NCBI GenBank assembly: GCA_002633005.1
Contig: NMRA01000069.1
Coordinates: 698,858 to 762,857 of the forward strand
Direction of reading: 5' to 3'
DNA length: 64,000 nucleotides
Source: Phoronis australis
Lineage: Eukaryota > Animalia > Phoronida
The notes below the pieces were generated by a model. It made no database searches, had not been told where the DNA came from, and saw only the letters and a program-made list of their open reading frames with translations. Each line of letters opens with the position of its first letter. Within the stretch, counting starts at the first letter, position 1. A program made the position numbers and the translations under genes. This document shows positions 37,311 to 51,700 of the stretch, piece by piece.

Positions 37311-37713
37311 TCTAATCAAAGGCAAGCGCCGGCTTCACTGTGATTGGGTCATTTTCTCCATGTGATATAAATAAATCGTTGATTGGGTGATCGAAATGAA
37401 TATGCAAGTCCACGCTGTTCTTTCTTTTGTATTACCCTTGTTTTCTGCGAAATACATGTGCACCAAAGATTTTTAAGGCATAAAAATAATGTAATTTCAC
37501 CCTTGTTTGCCTGAACTGTAAAATATTCTTACATATTTATATTCTACTTAGTAATAGGAGTCAATACCAAAACGACGAAGTTCGTAATTAAGACATAAAT
37601 GAGAGGGAGGGTGCGTGAACACTATTTGAATACAAACCGCGGGTAATCTTGTATTGATGAAGACGAAGTCGGACGGGATGGTGTGGCTTGAGTATCCTAC
37701 TGTGAATACTTTA
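37311..37713. promoter_or_regulatory. Putative bidirectional promoter between HBP1 and the CENP-K-like gene, including a probable non-coding first exon of the latter
   Basis: HBP1 ATG at 37310; CCAAT boxes (ATTGG at 37343 and 37382); CHR-like TTTGAA at 37625-37630; locally CpG-richer; + strand donor GTGAGT at 37714 that could join the acceptor before 41506. Confidence 0.5.
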
Positions 37714-38065
37714 GTGAGTTAGCGGCCAACCTTGTCATTTTTACCGATTTTCGTTGTACCCTTTGCTAGCTTGATGTTTGAGTTTGTGTCGAGTCAGAGA
37801 AGTCAAGTCTTGCCTGGTTTTGGGTCTTGTGACTGATGTGGCTCTTTGAGTTTGTTGTTTTGAGTCTGCCGAGGTCAAACTCGAGACGCAATGAAATCCA
37901 AATTAAAGAGCGTTGTGATGCTTAGGCGTTTGATTCTTCACTCAGCACTCCATTTACGTTCGCTTCCTTATGCTGTTTTTTGGTTTTCGATTTAAAAAAA
38001 AAAATGTCCTGTGCTAGTCGTTGAGAGTATTCATTACTCGGCAGCCATTCCATTCGGAACGGAAA

Positions 38066-38494
38066 GTAGGCCTGCTATGCGTGAACTTGGAATCTTGCTT
38101 AATCTCAAAAAAGATCGCGTATGCGTGAACTTTGAATACATGAGGAAACTTGACAAGTTCACTCAAATAATTACGTTCACGTGGATAAGAATTTGCACTG
38201 CACTAAACCAAATTACGTTAATAAAATAACGTAAAATTCAACTATTTTTTTCAGCTATTGGCGATCTTATTCACAAACAATAATTGTTTTAACCAATCAC
38301 AAGTTTTTCCGATTCTTTGACACAAGTTATGGTAAAGGAGGAAATGAGTGATTATAAGACCAATAATTACAAAAATTCTTTACACTGAACAAAAAATTTC
38401 CACCTGATTGCCCAAATATATGTTCAATTCCAAGTTCACGCATACGGGATCTTGAGATTAAGCAGGATTCCAAGTTCACGCACAGCAGGCCTAC
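38066..38494. mobile_element. MITE with ~70-bp terminal inverted repeats
   Basis: GTAGGCCTGCTATGCGTGAACTTGGAATC... pairs with ...GATTCCAAGTTCACGCACAGCAGGCCTAC; possible TA TSD. Confidence 0.7.
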
Positions 38495-39516
38495 CCACTC
38501 TTTCACAGTGCTACGAAAGGTTGCACTGTTGAATGTTGTTTAACATGGCTTGTCAATGAAGCCGACGTCATAAACCTCTTTCAGTTTACTGTTACATAGT
38601 ATGGTAACCACCTTTGACTTGAATAGCTGCAATTTATTAAGACAGTGATCGAAGTAAACAACATCAAGGGAGCTCAGTCCAGTGCTTGAAGTCGTGTGCA
38701 GGTGGTAGCAATGTGATCGGTATACTTTCGACCAAGACGTGCGTGTTGATGCCTACACACGGAATTCTGCGTGTCATTCATCATGTGTCTAAAGGGCCAC
38801 TTTTCAGTATAGGTGGCACTGTGTCAGACTGTCAGAGGGTAGCCTGGTACTGTGGGTTCCCAAACAAAACATTGCCATCTGGTGTCTGTGAGCTATACCA
38901 GAGGACTAGTTCGTCAAATGCCTGCCTGTCATGCAGCTGTAAATGTAAAAATTGATTAATTTAAACCGTGCAGCATCGTGTTTTCTGCTGTAGTTATAGT
39001 CGAATAGAACTAGCAACCCCGGTAAAACTGGTAAGCGTGCTAACCATTCTCTCAGAGCACAGTTACCCATTAGCAAGTGGCTAACAGATGCTCATAGGAT
39101 TCACCGGAAGCACGTCTACAACGCTACTCAGTATTCTCAATTTTAATGAAATGAATGGCGAAAAATCTCAAAAAGTCTGCATGGTTATCTTTGTAAATAC
39201 GAGGTGAAACTATAGAGTTTTTTTTTCCAATGACATTTCATCATGCGGAAAGTTCCAAGAAATCACTGTATGCCATTCCTGAGTAGAATTTTCGTAAGTC
39301 TAAATGGTTTGTAACTGGTGTTGTGAGATTGAAATGGTGTTAAAAGTAAAATACCTGGTTTCGCAATGTCACGCTTTGGAGTGTTCCAGACAACTTAAAG
39401 AGTCACGTTTTGTTAAAACTGCGTTTACACTCCTAGTTGGACATTGGAAGGACTATGGCTGAACACGGGTTGGGAATGTGCTGAGTCCATTCTCAAACAA
39501 TAGATAGGGCTTCTGT

Positions 39517-39900
39517 CCCATACCAAAAGACCATGTTTGCCGCAAGCTTGCAGCAAACATGTCGCAAGCTTGCGGCAAACAATTTTGTTTGCAGCAAACC
39601 AGCCGCAAAGTTTGCAGGAGTTTGCCGCTACCCGCAACTCAGCTGCACACATTGCCGCAACCTTGCTGCAAACACTGAAGTTTGCAGGAATGTTGCGGCA
39701 AACTTGGTGACTGAAAAAGTGTTTGCAGGAAAGTTGCAGGAAACTTTATTGTTGAAAAGTGTTTGCGGGAAAGTTGCAGGAAATTTTATTGGTGAAAAAG
39801 TGTTTGCGGGAAAGTTGCAGGAAACTTTATAGGTGAAAAGTGTTCTCAGGAATAGGTGAAAAAGTGCTTGCATGAAATTTGCAGTAAACTTCAACATTAG
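39517..39900. repeat. Degenerate subterminal-repeat array (GTTTGC/GCAAAC units, ~39-bp tandem), probable DNA-transposon end
   Basis: Repeated AAAAGTGTTTGCGGGAAAGTTGCAGGAAA and palindromic GCAAGCTTGC units. Confidence 0.55.
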
Positions 39901-41543
39901 CATTAATACTGTGACAATGTTAGAAATTGTGAAATTGTTTTTTATTTTCTAAATTTCAAAGAAACCTCAAATCCCAGAACCTAAGCAGGGCAGTTACTTA
40001 TTTTAGATTACTTACCTAAATGTGACCTATTGTTGGGTAAGTTACATTGTTAAAAACAGCAAATGCTCAAAGATGACCAAATGCGACCTAAAACACTAGA
40101 AAAGATAACTGCATCTGTATGTTCTTTGTTTTTTATTCAGTCACTATACTTAACAAGTTTTCATTTTCCTTTCATACTGCTGTCAAAGTCAGTACAGTAA
40201 AATATTAAATGCAATTGCTTTAAAACAACAAAGGCAGTGTTACCTGCATGTTGTGTAAACAAGCACAATAAATGTCAATACAAACCATACACAAATATAT
40301 GATCCAGTTTTACCAAATGTGCAAGTATTAGCATTTAAAACAATTTGTACTTTTCCAACATTTGAAATTATCTCATAATCAGGTGGTAGCTGCCAGTCTG
40401 TAGCTACAGTAAAATTTTGTCTATTTTGGACAAAAATAATTGCCAAAAATTACTCATTTTGATTTTTCAAGGACATTTAGCATTGTTGTGAAGACTCACA
40501 ATTTTTCAAAATATTGTCTGTCAGCAGCTATGGTACAGACTTGGATATGACTCGGGATTCTTGTGGTACTGCCACATTATTTATGAAAAAATAAGAAATT
40601 TAATTTCACTAGTGTCACATTGAAATGATTCATGGAAAAATGTCTTACTGCATAGAATGTCTAAATGGGAGAAGTTGAATTTTATCTGCTTGGCCTATCT
40701 TGCAGACCAGGTTGTGAAATTATGTCAAATGAAAGTTACTTTCATGCTGTCACAGAACGAGGGAGTTTTATGTCCCACAATTCGATTGCGAGAGCACCTG
40801 ATCAATGACTTGCCTAACGAACCCTGCATTCTTGTTCATGTGGTTGAGATTTTCTGATTTGTGAGAGAAAGTTTTGTTACTTGAAGATGTCATCACTTTG
40901 ATTACCAACTTCTCTGTCCTTCGTAATTTTGGTACCAAAGTGAGTTTTTCTTATAAATAACTGTTGATTCACAACTAGGGGTCCATACAGGTTTTCAAAA
41001 ATAGGCATCCAAATCAGGTTTCCCAACTTTCAAGGGCGCCCATAACCAATGATCCGCGACTACGTTTTTATGACCACAAGTCAAATTGGTGTTATAGTGT
41101 CATATGTTATCGTGGAGACATGGATGTGCAATAAAGCTTGTATCTTACATTTCATCTTGAGTAACTTTTTTATTCTGTGCAGGCCAATAAGCTCCCATTC
41201 ACAATTACTACCACAAACCATTTTCCTCACCCGGCCTGCCTCCTACCTATGAAAGTGTATACAAATGATGACATTTTTAGGAAGTATAGTATGCTTTTGG
41301 ATCTGTTAAACAGCATCTCAGACGAAGGCCTGTTCACAGCTTTTCAAACAATATTTGGTTTAGATCTTACATGTTAATCAAATATTTCTTGCGTTTTGTA
41401 GGGAGTGTAATGTATTATGTACTATGAATATACGTAAAGTGTTCTTGTTTAGACGTCAATGGTTTGTTCTTGGAAAATGTTTCTTAAATACGTCTTTAAT
41501 TTCAGATTAAAAAGAAAATGTAAATTTGGCCTTCCTGTTCAAC

Positions 41544-44500
41544 ATGACTGAACCCGACGGCAGTTTAGGGGACAATGTAAGTCTTTCTAGTGTCTTAGTC
41601 TCACTCAACATGATTTTGATTGACGCATAGTTTTGTATCAGTGGTGATGTTACACTAGTGAAATCCATTCTCATTTATATACATCCACATATTTATAGGT
41701 GAATGCAAAATTCCGTCATCCCCATCTGCATCTATCCTGTGTCCACTGGTTTATCACGGAAACCCCTTCATTGATGAATGTGAAATTATTAGATGTCTTC
41801 CTATCATGGATGGGATGGGATGAACGAATTTTCAGATGTTTTCGAGTACCAGTGTGTCCCCTAGTGGCAATTCTTATTTTTTTTACGTTTGCCTCTATAT
41901 CATGGGACTTCCTTGGCAGATTTCCATGACATGTAGCAAATTGATATCCAATAAAAAACGACTATGCATCCTTGTTTTCTGATGGATTCGTTATTGATGT
42001 CGTTTGGTAATGAATTTACCTTTCTTCTTTACTAAATATTGCTAAAAAAAGACTTGGTCTCGAGACCCAAGTGGTTTTAGTTTGGTATAACGTAGAAAAT
42101 CACATTCTACATAGTTTCTACTTTCAGAAACTGGTATATATTTTCACAGAGTTAAATTGTGCAGTCTTGTATATAATTGGCTAAATCCACAAACGTGTCT
42201 ATAAAGTCCTATATGTAACCTTAATGCCAGAAATGTTCACACAGCTCATTTTACGCTTGTAGTTTCACCAGCGTGATACAGTAGTGTAATTTTTTAGCAT
42301 AGTTTACGGGTGACCCTTTCCTCCCTGCCACCAACAATAAAACTGCATTGATTAATACCAGTGTTCATAAAGCTGTTCTAAGGGGGGTCGAAATAAATCA
42401 GCCATTTGACGTTATTTAAGCGTTTTTCGCTCATCTTTGCGTAATTGCGTAGCATGGTTTTCTTGAGCGTACACGTGGGCTGCGCTCCGTTCACTTTGTA
42501 GCTCTACTGGGGGCAGTAGTTCAGTGTATCTGACATTAGTGAACAAAACCTGAACACACGTGTGTGCAATGATGTTTCTGCCCCTCTGTAAGACCTGCAG
42601 TTGACTGTTGATGTGTCCAGGTGATGCTTGTGTAGTTTTATATGCTTACCAGACAGTAAATTTTCCTTGTGGACAAATGGCATGTGAACATGACCAGTAC
42701 GTTGTCAAAATGAATGAGTTACGGTATTTGAATTACTACTTTGTATTTACGATCTGAATGTGTTCTTTAACGAAATGTACGATAATGCATATTTCGTTTC
42801 TTGGGTGTATTTTCAGGCACAGCCTCTCTCAGCAAACGCAAGGGCCATTCAAGAATTAAAAGAAGGCTGTGAGAAATTATATGACGACTTGTCTAAGGTA
42901 AGGTACAGAATCTGAAAGCTTATACTGTAAAGAAGTTCATTGGCCTATACTTAAAGGGGCACTTCACTGCTGTTTAGATGTCAATGTTAAGCTCTTAACT
43001 GAAGTGCTTTGGGATTTAGAAGCATTATCACATTCATCTGGTCTGAGTTTTTACTGAATTACTGGCAATGCAAGTCACAGGCGGTGCAGACATTTGCCGT
43101 TTTCGAAGTTGCAATTTTAGGGTGGCCGAGACCCTAAGGTAACTTTTAGGTCAGCTTTAGGTAACATTTAGGTAATATTCACTAGGCCAACCCTTGCAAA
43201 CTCAGAATCTTTTTTTTGAGTCACTGATGGGTTCGATGTTGTTGGTAATAGAAGTCGAGGACGGTTGTGAGACTAAGAGGCAGCACAAACATTTGTAGAA
43301 ATGTAGTTTTAATTGTGACCTCCTCTTTGGTGTTAGCAGCCATTAAAAAGCCGCATTGTCGAACAATAGCAAGGGATTAGCTTATTAGAGCAACTTGATA
43401 CCACCAAGAATTCTATTCTGAGATCCTACCACAAACTCCTCAGTTACCAATTTTAAGAGTGATTGCTAGCGTAACAGCCGAAAGTATTTCAAATTTGATT
43501 GATAAATTGTGCGACCAAGGCCTGGAAAATGTACGATCTCTAAGTTGAATGTAGGGACAGGTACTGACAGATAACCAAAAACATTGGTCGTTGGAACACA
43601 GAGCTGTTTTTTCTCTGAAGACAAGATTGATGGTGTCTGCAAGAACTTCAAAAATTTTGAAAGCCTGATGGGCTCTCTTGTACTTTGAACTTTGCCGCCA
43701 TTACAATAAATGTGTGGCGCCAATGTCGTGAAACGCAACCAGATTTGAACTGTGTAATTTCGAGGATTTCATCTGCAATGCTTCTGTCATTTGTCAGGTG
43801 CATTGTGGGACGTTTGTCTGCTTATAGACACTTGGTGACATTGCAGATAACTTGGGGACCACCTGATTCATAATTTTCATTTTAGGCGTCAAGATTTGAT
43901 GTGATTGAAAGGCACATGCTATGAGAATCTCTTGCAAAAAAACTTCTTGATCTGTGTATTTATTACATGCATTTCTTATGCTCAGTTTCAACCTGCAATC
44001 ATTCTGTCAGTTGCTTTGTTGTACTTATACCAAGAAGTATGTTGCAGTAGTCCTGTCCTTTTAGTTGTGGTGTGTTTAAAAGGCTGGTGTTATTTTTCCT
44101 ACATCTTTGCACATTGACCAAGTTATCTGTGATGTCCCACAATGCATTTGGATAACAGCATCAACTCCACTGATTAAGTTTTACTTCAGATGAAATTCCC
44201 GGAATTAGGTGCTTAATCGGCGCTCAATTTGATGAGCTGCGAGATACCAATGCGACCACAAATTCTGTTTGGCGACCTGGCTAAAATCCCAGGTTGCCAC
44301 AAAGTTTCCTGGAAAAAAACTGCAGGGATTAAACAGACAGGAGTCTGGACCTCAAAGAACGAAAGGGCGATCTCAGCTTCGCCGATGGACATTTGCCGAG
44401 ATCTCCCATTTTCCACTTCAGGTTACTCATATCAGCGAGTTTGGTGTCTGAGTTACTGTTTAGTGACTTTGGAATTTTAAAATTTGGCGAGTTGACATTA

Positions 44501-44717
44501 TGCTAAACGTCAAGCCCTGATAATGCTAGCTCTACACGAAGAAAATTTCTAGTAAGATTTTAAACATTTATGGTTTTGTTTTAGACGCAAGAGGAGTTCA
44601 GTAAGACAGGACACGTTCAGTCTTTGCCAGACTCCTCTGTACAGTTACAAATACACCAGGCCACCATCAGGCAGCTGAAAGCAGAGATTGAAGCTGAGAA
44701 GAATAAGAATATTGAAT
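41544..44717 (+). CDS. CENPK: Centromere protein K-like, first three coding exons (3'-partial)
   Basis: Exons 41544-41576 (ATG; exon starts 41506), 42817-42897, 44585-44717 with canonical splice sites. Product MTEPDGSLGDNAQPLSANARAIQELKEGCEKLYDDLSKTQEEFSKTGHVQSLPDSSVQLQIHQATIRQLKAEIEAEKNKNIE aligns by eye with the remembered human CENP-K N-terminus (ELIRECEEMWKDMEECQNKLSLIGTETLTDSNAQLSLLIMQVKCLTAEL). Ends in phase 1 at a GTAAGT donor; no further exon found in the window. Confidence 0.7.
41675..41990 (+). mobile_element. Helentron/HINE-like element, 3'-truncated copy 5
   Basis: CCACATATTTATA 5' end, then GTGTCCCCTAGTGGCAATT...TTTTACGTTTGCCTCT matching the first monomer of copy 2. Confidence 0.6.
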
Positions 44718-45349
44718 GTAAGTGAACTGTTTCCCCTCTGTAGAGATATGGCTGCTCAAGGGAATGTCAGGACAGTGAAATTTTACTCCATTTCTGATGT
44801 TGAAAAGGGAATTTTATAAGTTATTGGCGTATATTTTGTTCCTTCCCTTAGACAAATGAAAACATATGAACTGAATTTATAGCATCTAAAACCAATGGAA
44901 TTGTTTGAATCATGTATTCTCTAATCAGAAGTCGTAGTTTTAGAATGAATGAGAATGTGACAAATGTTATGAGCATCTCGAAAATAAGAAATTCTTTCAC
45001 TATGTAGAAAAAAGCCATTGTCTAAGAATCAAGTGTTATAATGTGAAAACTTGTTTTCTGACATGTTTAAGTGTCCCAAAATTTTGTCATGTTTTGGCTG
45101 ATTTGTTGCCACAAAACCCTCTGTGCTAAAACTAAGTTCCTAACCCATGTCTGAGGACAATATGCTTCAATTCCAAAATCCAGATTTCAGCTCTCCTCTT
45201 TTCTGCGAGGTTAGACTAGTCATATGATTGAGTGACCTAGCTTTCTTAGGGTAGGATTGCTAACACACTTCTGAGCTGACGCAGGCAACTGAAGAATGAT
45301 TTATCGTGATCATATTTTCAGACATTTATGCTTTTATTGCGACTCATTG

Positions 45350-46878
45350 CAAGGCTTGGAATTTTCCGCGGAAACTCGGGATTTCCGCTTTTTTCTCTTA
45401 TTCCCTCTGTTGTTATATTTCCGCAGAAAAAAATCGGATTTGCCATAAACTTTTCGCTGTAAATTGGTTTCTAACCGCGGCGTTGCCGATGACTAGAAAA
45501 GCGTAAACTGGTCTTTATGTTTTGGGGAAACGAAAATCATAATTGCTGGGGCACCTGGGATTGTGTGGTTCATCAATGGCGTCTGCATGTGGAATAAATC
45601 ACGGTGACAAATAGTGTGATTCTGCGACCCAAAATGTGTGGAGCTTGGAGTAGACAGAATATTTCGTGGAAAAAGTGGATGAAAGAAACGGTCAATTTGT
45701 TCGCAAACAACAAAGGTTTGGGTTTGCCTTCTGTAAACGTTGATAGAGGGACAATTACAGCGTGCGTGGCCTAGGCTAATCTCGGAGAACTACCTGAAAA
45801 CGATGAGACACAAGAAAGAAAAATGCTTTTTGAAAGGAAATTCAACCGGTAACCGGTAATTCGTTGGATTGGAATCGTGGGATGTGAGTGATGTATGAAA
45901 TTCTTTTGTTTGATCCCACGTGCAAGCCTGTGCCGGCAGTTGCTAGGCTGCTAGACCCGAGTCTGTCGATTTTCCACGTGCCGCCGAAACGGGATACAAA
46001 GTGTTATTTTCGTTACTGCAAATGTGTTTTTAAGTTGCCGTTGATGTATTCCAATTTATTGTAACATTTTTCATGTTTTATTTTTGTTAAAAAGTCTTGT
46101 TTTGACCGACTCGAGTTATGCAGTTCAAGAGAGAAGTGATCACGTGGTAGGTTCTGAATGATCTGATGGGTCCAAGCCATTGTTTACAAATTCTGCTAGC
46201 CTATTTTAAGTGTCCTTGTAGTTATTTCTTATGTCACATAGTTTGTTCTACACCAGCGTGGCTTATGAGCAATTATCTCCTGTAAGTACTGTAACAGTTT
46301 TAAACTGAAAAGTTTGGCCAACTTAGGATTGTGGTTGATGTGTTCTATAACTAAAATATGTTATTTTTAACTTTCATTTTTTTCCATGGTAATAGTTGGG
46401 GTATGATCCACAGGTTTTCGTCTTTACTTTTTTCCATTGCGTTGGAATACAAAAATTTTTGTTGGACTTAAGTGTGTATGTATTTCAAGCTTTCCAGATA
46501 ATCTGGGTTGATTTTCAATTTTTTTTTTATAATTTTATATGTAATTATAAGAACTGAAAATAATTTTATAGGTCTCCCTGCAGCAAATCAAGAATAACAT
46601 TCTGCCACTCACACTGCAAATTTTGCATCATAATCTTTATTAATTTAATTTTTAAAAAATATATTTTTTGCATCAAATTCCCTTCATTATTGTTGCTGAA
46701 ATAGATGACAGGTACTGCTTAAAATGAGTGCGTTTTACCGACACGACACAGTTACAGTGCATCTTGTGATGATCATGTTTACTTTCGATCTGTTGTGGTA
46801 TGCTTGTTTAGATTGCAATGTGTATTTGGGGCAGTAAAAATTTTCCTCTTTTTTTGTCTTGGGTCATTACAAGCCCTG
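45350..46878. mobile_element. Longer hAT-like non-autonomous element related to 4846-5074
   Basis: Ends CAAGGCTTGGAATTTT and TTCCTCTTTTTTTGTC...CAAGCCCTG resemble the short copy; flanks TCATTG / TCAGTG match at 5 of 6 bases. Confidence 0.55.
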
Positions 46879-48788
46879 TCAGTGGGACAGCAGTATTATA
46901 CTGGCACCTTGCGTTGTTGGGAAATACGACAGAATTGTAGCGGGTGGTCTCGTATTTCAGGCTGGTGCAATTGATATGCATGCCTCTTATTTCTTTCTGA
47001 TGAGTATTTAATTCTGACGTAAACCAGTAGTATGGCCGGAAAGGTCATGGATGTGTAGGACCGCAACATTTTGCAATGTCTGCATATGGTGTTGTATTGG
47101 TTGCTTGATATGTTGATATGTTGATGTGTTCGTCATCAAGACACAACAAGTTTTTAACATAATCAAAGAAATTAAACTTATTCTGATATGGCACCTAATA
47201 AAATCCTTAAGCTCTTGAGAGTGTCCAGAGTCCCTTCTTGAGGTCAGAAGGTCCCTTTATGAGACACAATAAGAAGGTCTACCTGTCCCACCACTCCAAT
47301 CATTCAAACATAAAAAGGGACTGCAGACACTCTAAAGAACTTAAGGATTTTAGTCTGTACCATGTAGTCCATCAGAGTAGTTTTAACTTTCCTGGATGGA
47401 TAAAGAGTTACTTTCGAGTTTTCAACATGTACGGGTAATACACCTAATGCCCCATGTGTTATGTCGTTATTTAGTGCTTGTTACGTGATACTGAAAATTT
47501 ATTTACCTTAAATATTCAGCGTATTTCTGACTTCAGTTTTTGAGAATTAAGGTGAGTGAATACATACTAAACAAACTTCAGGTGCTAAACAATAAATATT
47601 TACTTGCCCATAAACATGTATGTGAGAAACTCAATTTTGGGCTACTTTATGTATTACTGTAGGGGCCCACTGTTTGCTTGTCTTTGACGAGGACATCTAT
47701 GGTTATGTGATATGGGTGTTTCTGTTCACGCTAATTATTCAACGCACATAATATTGATGTCTTGGAAAAGTACACAAACAGTGTGGCTTCCTGCAAGAAT
47801 TCAGCTATCTTGCTCAAAGGTAGAATATAGTGGAGACTTGCTTGAAGTTTTGAGGTCTTGAACGGGGAAGTTTTTGCATAATGTTAATTTGAAAAAGACG
47901 ACTTGGAGAATCTTCGAAATTTGTCATTTCTGTTGGGTATTCTAACCAAACACAGGATAGTTGCCTACTGTTTCCAGCGTGTGTGGTGCTTCCTCAGAAG
48001 TGGGATTGAAACATCAATGTTTTAATTCCTACTTAACATTGCTCACTGGAGGTGTTAGGACACAGTTACGACATTGTGGTCTGCATTAGTGTCTGAAGTA
48101 ATGTCATGCAAAATGTTTGACGCCTGAAATAGATTAACGTAGCTTCATTTCAGGTACAGACAGTGCTCGGAAAGGACCACGAGATTGCTAGTCCCGAAAC
48201 AAATACAAATTATTAGGGCCAACATGAGTTATGAAACAAGAGCTCTGAACTTTGTTTTATTTGTCACTCAGGTATTTGAAATTCTGTATGGCAACAATAT
48301 GAATACGTCTTTACCACTGCCAGGCATATCCAGTGAAAACATAAATTATAGACAACAGATTCGCTCCGACATTTTCTTGCGTAGTATCCTAGAGGATGCA
48401 CCACTCTCCTAAATTACCAGTTTCAGTTTCCGGTTAGTTAGAGTTTTACAGAATTTTGTCCTAATCTGTCCAGACAGCTGTGCACACTGCAGTACGCTAG
48501 TTTGAACTTGTGGCATGAAAAACAAGTAAACGTTTTAGAAGCCAAGTTTGCTGTTACATATCTGGTTCAACTGTATTACAGTATAATGTTTTTCATGACT
48601 AAATGGACCAGGAGCCAAATTCTACATAAAAACCCGCTCTAATAATTCATTCTGTTTCACATGCTGTTTTCTATGCTAAATGGCATTTCAGGTGCACCGT
48701 GTAGTAATTCGTGCCTCTACCTTCAACATTCCATTTAAGGAGACTGTTAACCCCGTGTTTGTCTTAAAGCCATAATGCAGATGGCTAG

Positions 48789-51700
48789 TTAAAGGTCGTA
48801 TTCACAAATGAAACCGAGATTGTTGCCATCAGTCACGTCGGCCCAGAACCTAGGGTATGTAAAATACGCGATGTAGTCTTCTCCGTTTCGTTGCTTAACT
48901 CCTCCCTTCCCTTCAGCCCAGTTAGTATAGTTGATGGGCCGGCCAGATGTTTCCCATATCCAGTGTCCCTCACGTTCTCGGTCTGTTCCACCTATGTAAT
49001 ATCCGCCTGCGTGGGGTCGTCCGCCTGCAAGCATGTCAAGTTTTTGAAATGAAATCTTGGTGCACGCAATTTGTAGAAACAACAAGTATTGGAATGTTCA
49101 GTGAAGACTAGAATAGATAAATAGCAAAAGAAATGCAGTCACATCACGTTTTTTTCAAAAATTTTGAAAGTCTTGAATTTTTCCGATTTAGGTAACCACG
49201 GAGACAAAATTAGCTCTTGAATTTTTTCACAAAATAAATACATGTTTGAAGCAATCAGTGTTTGCTAGTTGAGAATGATTAAGATTGACCAGGTCCTTAG
49301 TAAATCTGGCATAATTGTTACTGTTGCTTTTATTATTGTTTTTAATTTTGATGCTTTAATTATATTTGACTGGGTCCATAACGTACATTACTCCTGGTTT
49401 GAGTATGGTTTTGTGATCATTTATCAGCAACTGGGTATAATTTCATTAAAATCTAACCAACTTTGCCCACAAATAAATTTCGCACACAATAAATTTCGCA
49501 CACAAATAAAAGCAATTTTCTAAATTTTCAAGGGATTCCAACATTGCTTCGAAATTCCAAAATCATTTTCAATTTAAATCATTTTCAATTTACTAGACGG
49601 TATGGCACAGAATTTGAACGTTGTAAAGGATTAATTTGGTGCTACATACCTTTTATGAAAGAAAAGTAGAACATAAATTTCACTTGTCCACCATATTGTC
49701 CTAAATTGGTGAAATTTTACAGTAGGTGGCGTATTACACTGTTTCATTTGCTTTTCATTGAGGTGCAGACCAAAAGACCTCTGCCTTGAGTTGAGCATGA
49801 CTTATAATTTTGAAATGTGGATCACAGCTTTTCTAGCATGCCCCAATATTTTTAATATGATCGAGGACTTTTCAAAAATCACTCAGCGTCACATTCATAT
49901 ACGTCAGAAGACTTATAACAAGAAATACTTACCCAGCCTTAGTGCAAATAGTTCTTGGAACAGGAACTGGTCCTCGGCATAGTTGTCCACTTCCACTAAG
50001 TAAGAAGACATCTGTTCACAGCTTCTCTTGGCTTTCATTCGGTTAACTGGTAGCACGCCGAAAAAGAAGCAACTGTTGTTGAACTTCTTGAAACCATCCG
50101 GGCACTTTCTTTCTTGCCTGGGGTTGAGGCCTGCCAAGCAAATGATAAAAGTAGCAATGGCAAACGTAGTTTATGTATTTTGATTATAAAATACTCATTT
50201 CAAGTTTAAAAACACTTTTCTCTTCAAAAGTCTGGATGAGTGTTTTACCTAGATTACTCTCTCAAAGTTTGTAAAAAGTGGCAAAAATATGTAATCTGTT
50301 TAAAATCTGGAATCCTTGTTGAAGACCTGCCATGGTAGCATGTAAACCGTGACAGCTGTGTAAAAATATGACACAGTTGCATGCAAACCATGTAAAAATG
50401 TGATAGATTACGTGACAGAGGTGTAAAAAACTGCCACGATCATGTGTAAAAAGTGTATCGGGAAGTTGCTTCACTTTTGAAGACTCAGACTTTTCTCGGA
50501 ATTACAGTAAACTCGCGGATTAATGCCCTGGGCGCTTAAATTGGGAAACCCTGAGATGGGGGTGGGTAATTACCCCAGAGGTGGGCACTTGAGTGGAAAT
50601 TTGCTGGAAGTAGAAGATGGACGATTACCCAAGCTGTGGGTGCTAAAACTGAGGATTGGCAAAAAGTCAGGGATGGGCGATTACACGGGCACGGGCGGCT
50701 CTTCTTATCCTCCAACTACTAATCTTTTAAAAAAGTTGTGGTACTAACTGTATACAGGAATTCTAAGGCTTTTTATTGGAATATATTTTTGCCAGGGTAA
50801 TGCTACTACCTACGTTACAGAACGAAACGAGAAGTGGTGTTCAGAAAATGTTGCTTATGTCAAATTTTGTTTTAGTTTTCTTTAAGTACGCAGGTGTATG
50901 ACGTCAATGATTTTTAATTTGTTTGAATTTATCACTACATAGGCGGAACAAAAATGACGTAATTGAAAGTACGATAGAATAAGAATGAAGGGGTTTTACT
51001 GAGGTAAAAACAGCGCAAAGTTACCTCCATTTCGACAACAAATATCCATTGCTTACAAGAAGCTGTATATAGTAACTCAATGACTTTTTTCACTACGCAT
51101 TTTTGAGACCATGTACAATTAAAATCAAACATTTGACTCTCGACAAACGGGATATCCCAAGGTATTAGTTGACCTGACCACCACTGGACATACAGTCATT
51201 TCATTTTATCAAGCAAAATGAATGCAAACAAAATATTACGTCATTATTAACTGGGCTTATTATGTCTGTTGTTGCAAAAATCATGGTAAAAGCGTAAGCT
51301 TTTTCGTCAATGCAACGAGCTTTTGAAAAGTGCATTTATTACTTTTTGTTGGAATTATGAAGAAATTTATTAGGTCATTTTAGAAGCTGTGTGTGTTATC
51401 TTAATTAGCTGTAATAGCAAAGTGCTGATGCTGATAAGCCTGAGATCCCAAGTTTGAAACTGTGAAGTCACAGTTTATTAATTTAATTAAATTTCCATTC
51501 AAGTCAAATATGAACTGTATGCGGTGGACATTTGTCCACAATGTTGCCATTTGGCTTACTGTGCAACACTCCTGTATTGGGAAAAATGGCTAGTTTAACC
51601 TCTTACAGCACTGTCTACTTACAAGTACACCTAAAAGTGTTGATTTTAGCTATTTTTGTATTAAATAGAGTAGTTTTTCTTGTAGTCAATATTGTAACTT

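Noticed and set aside
46572-48230. Candidate next CENP-K exons after acceptors at 46571 and 48153
   Set aside because: In the required phase both hit stop codons within about 12 codons and show no CENP-K similarity.
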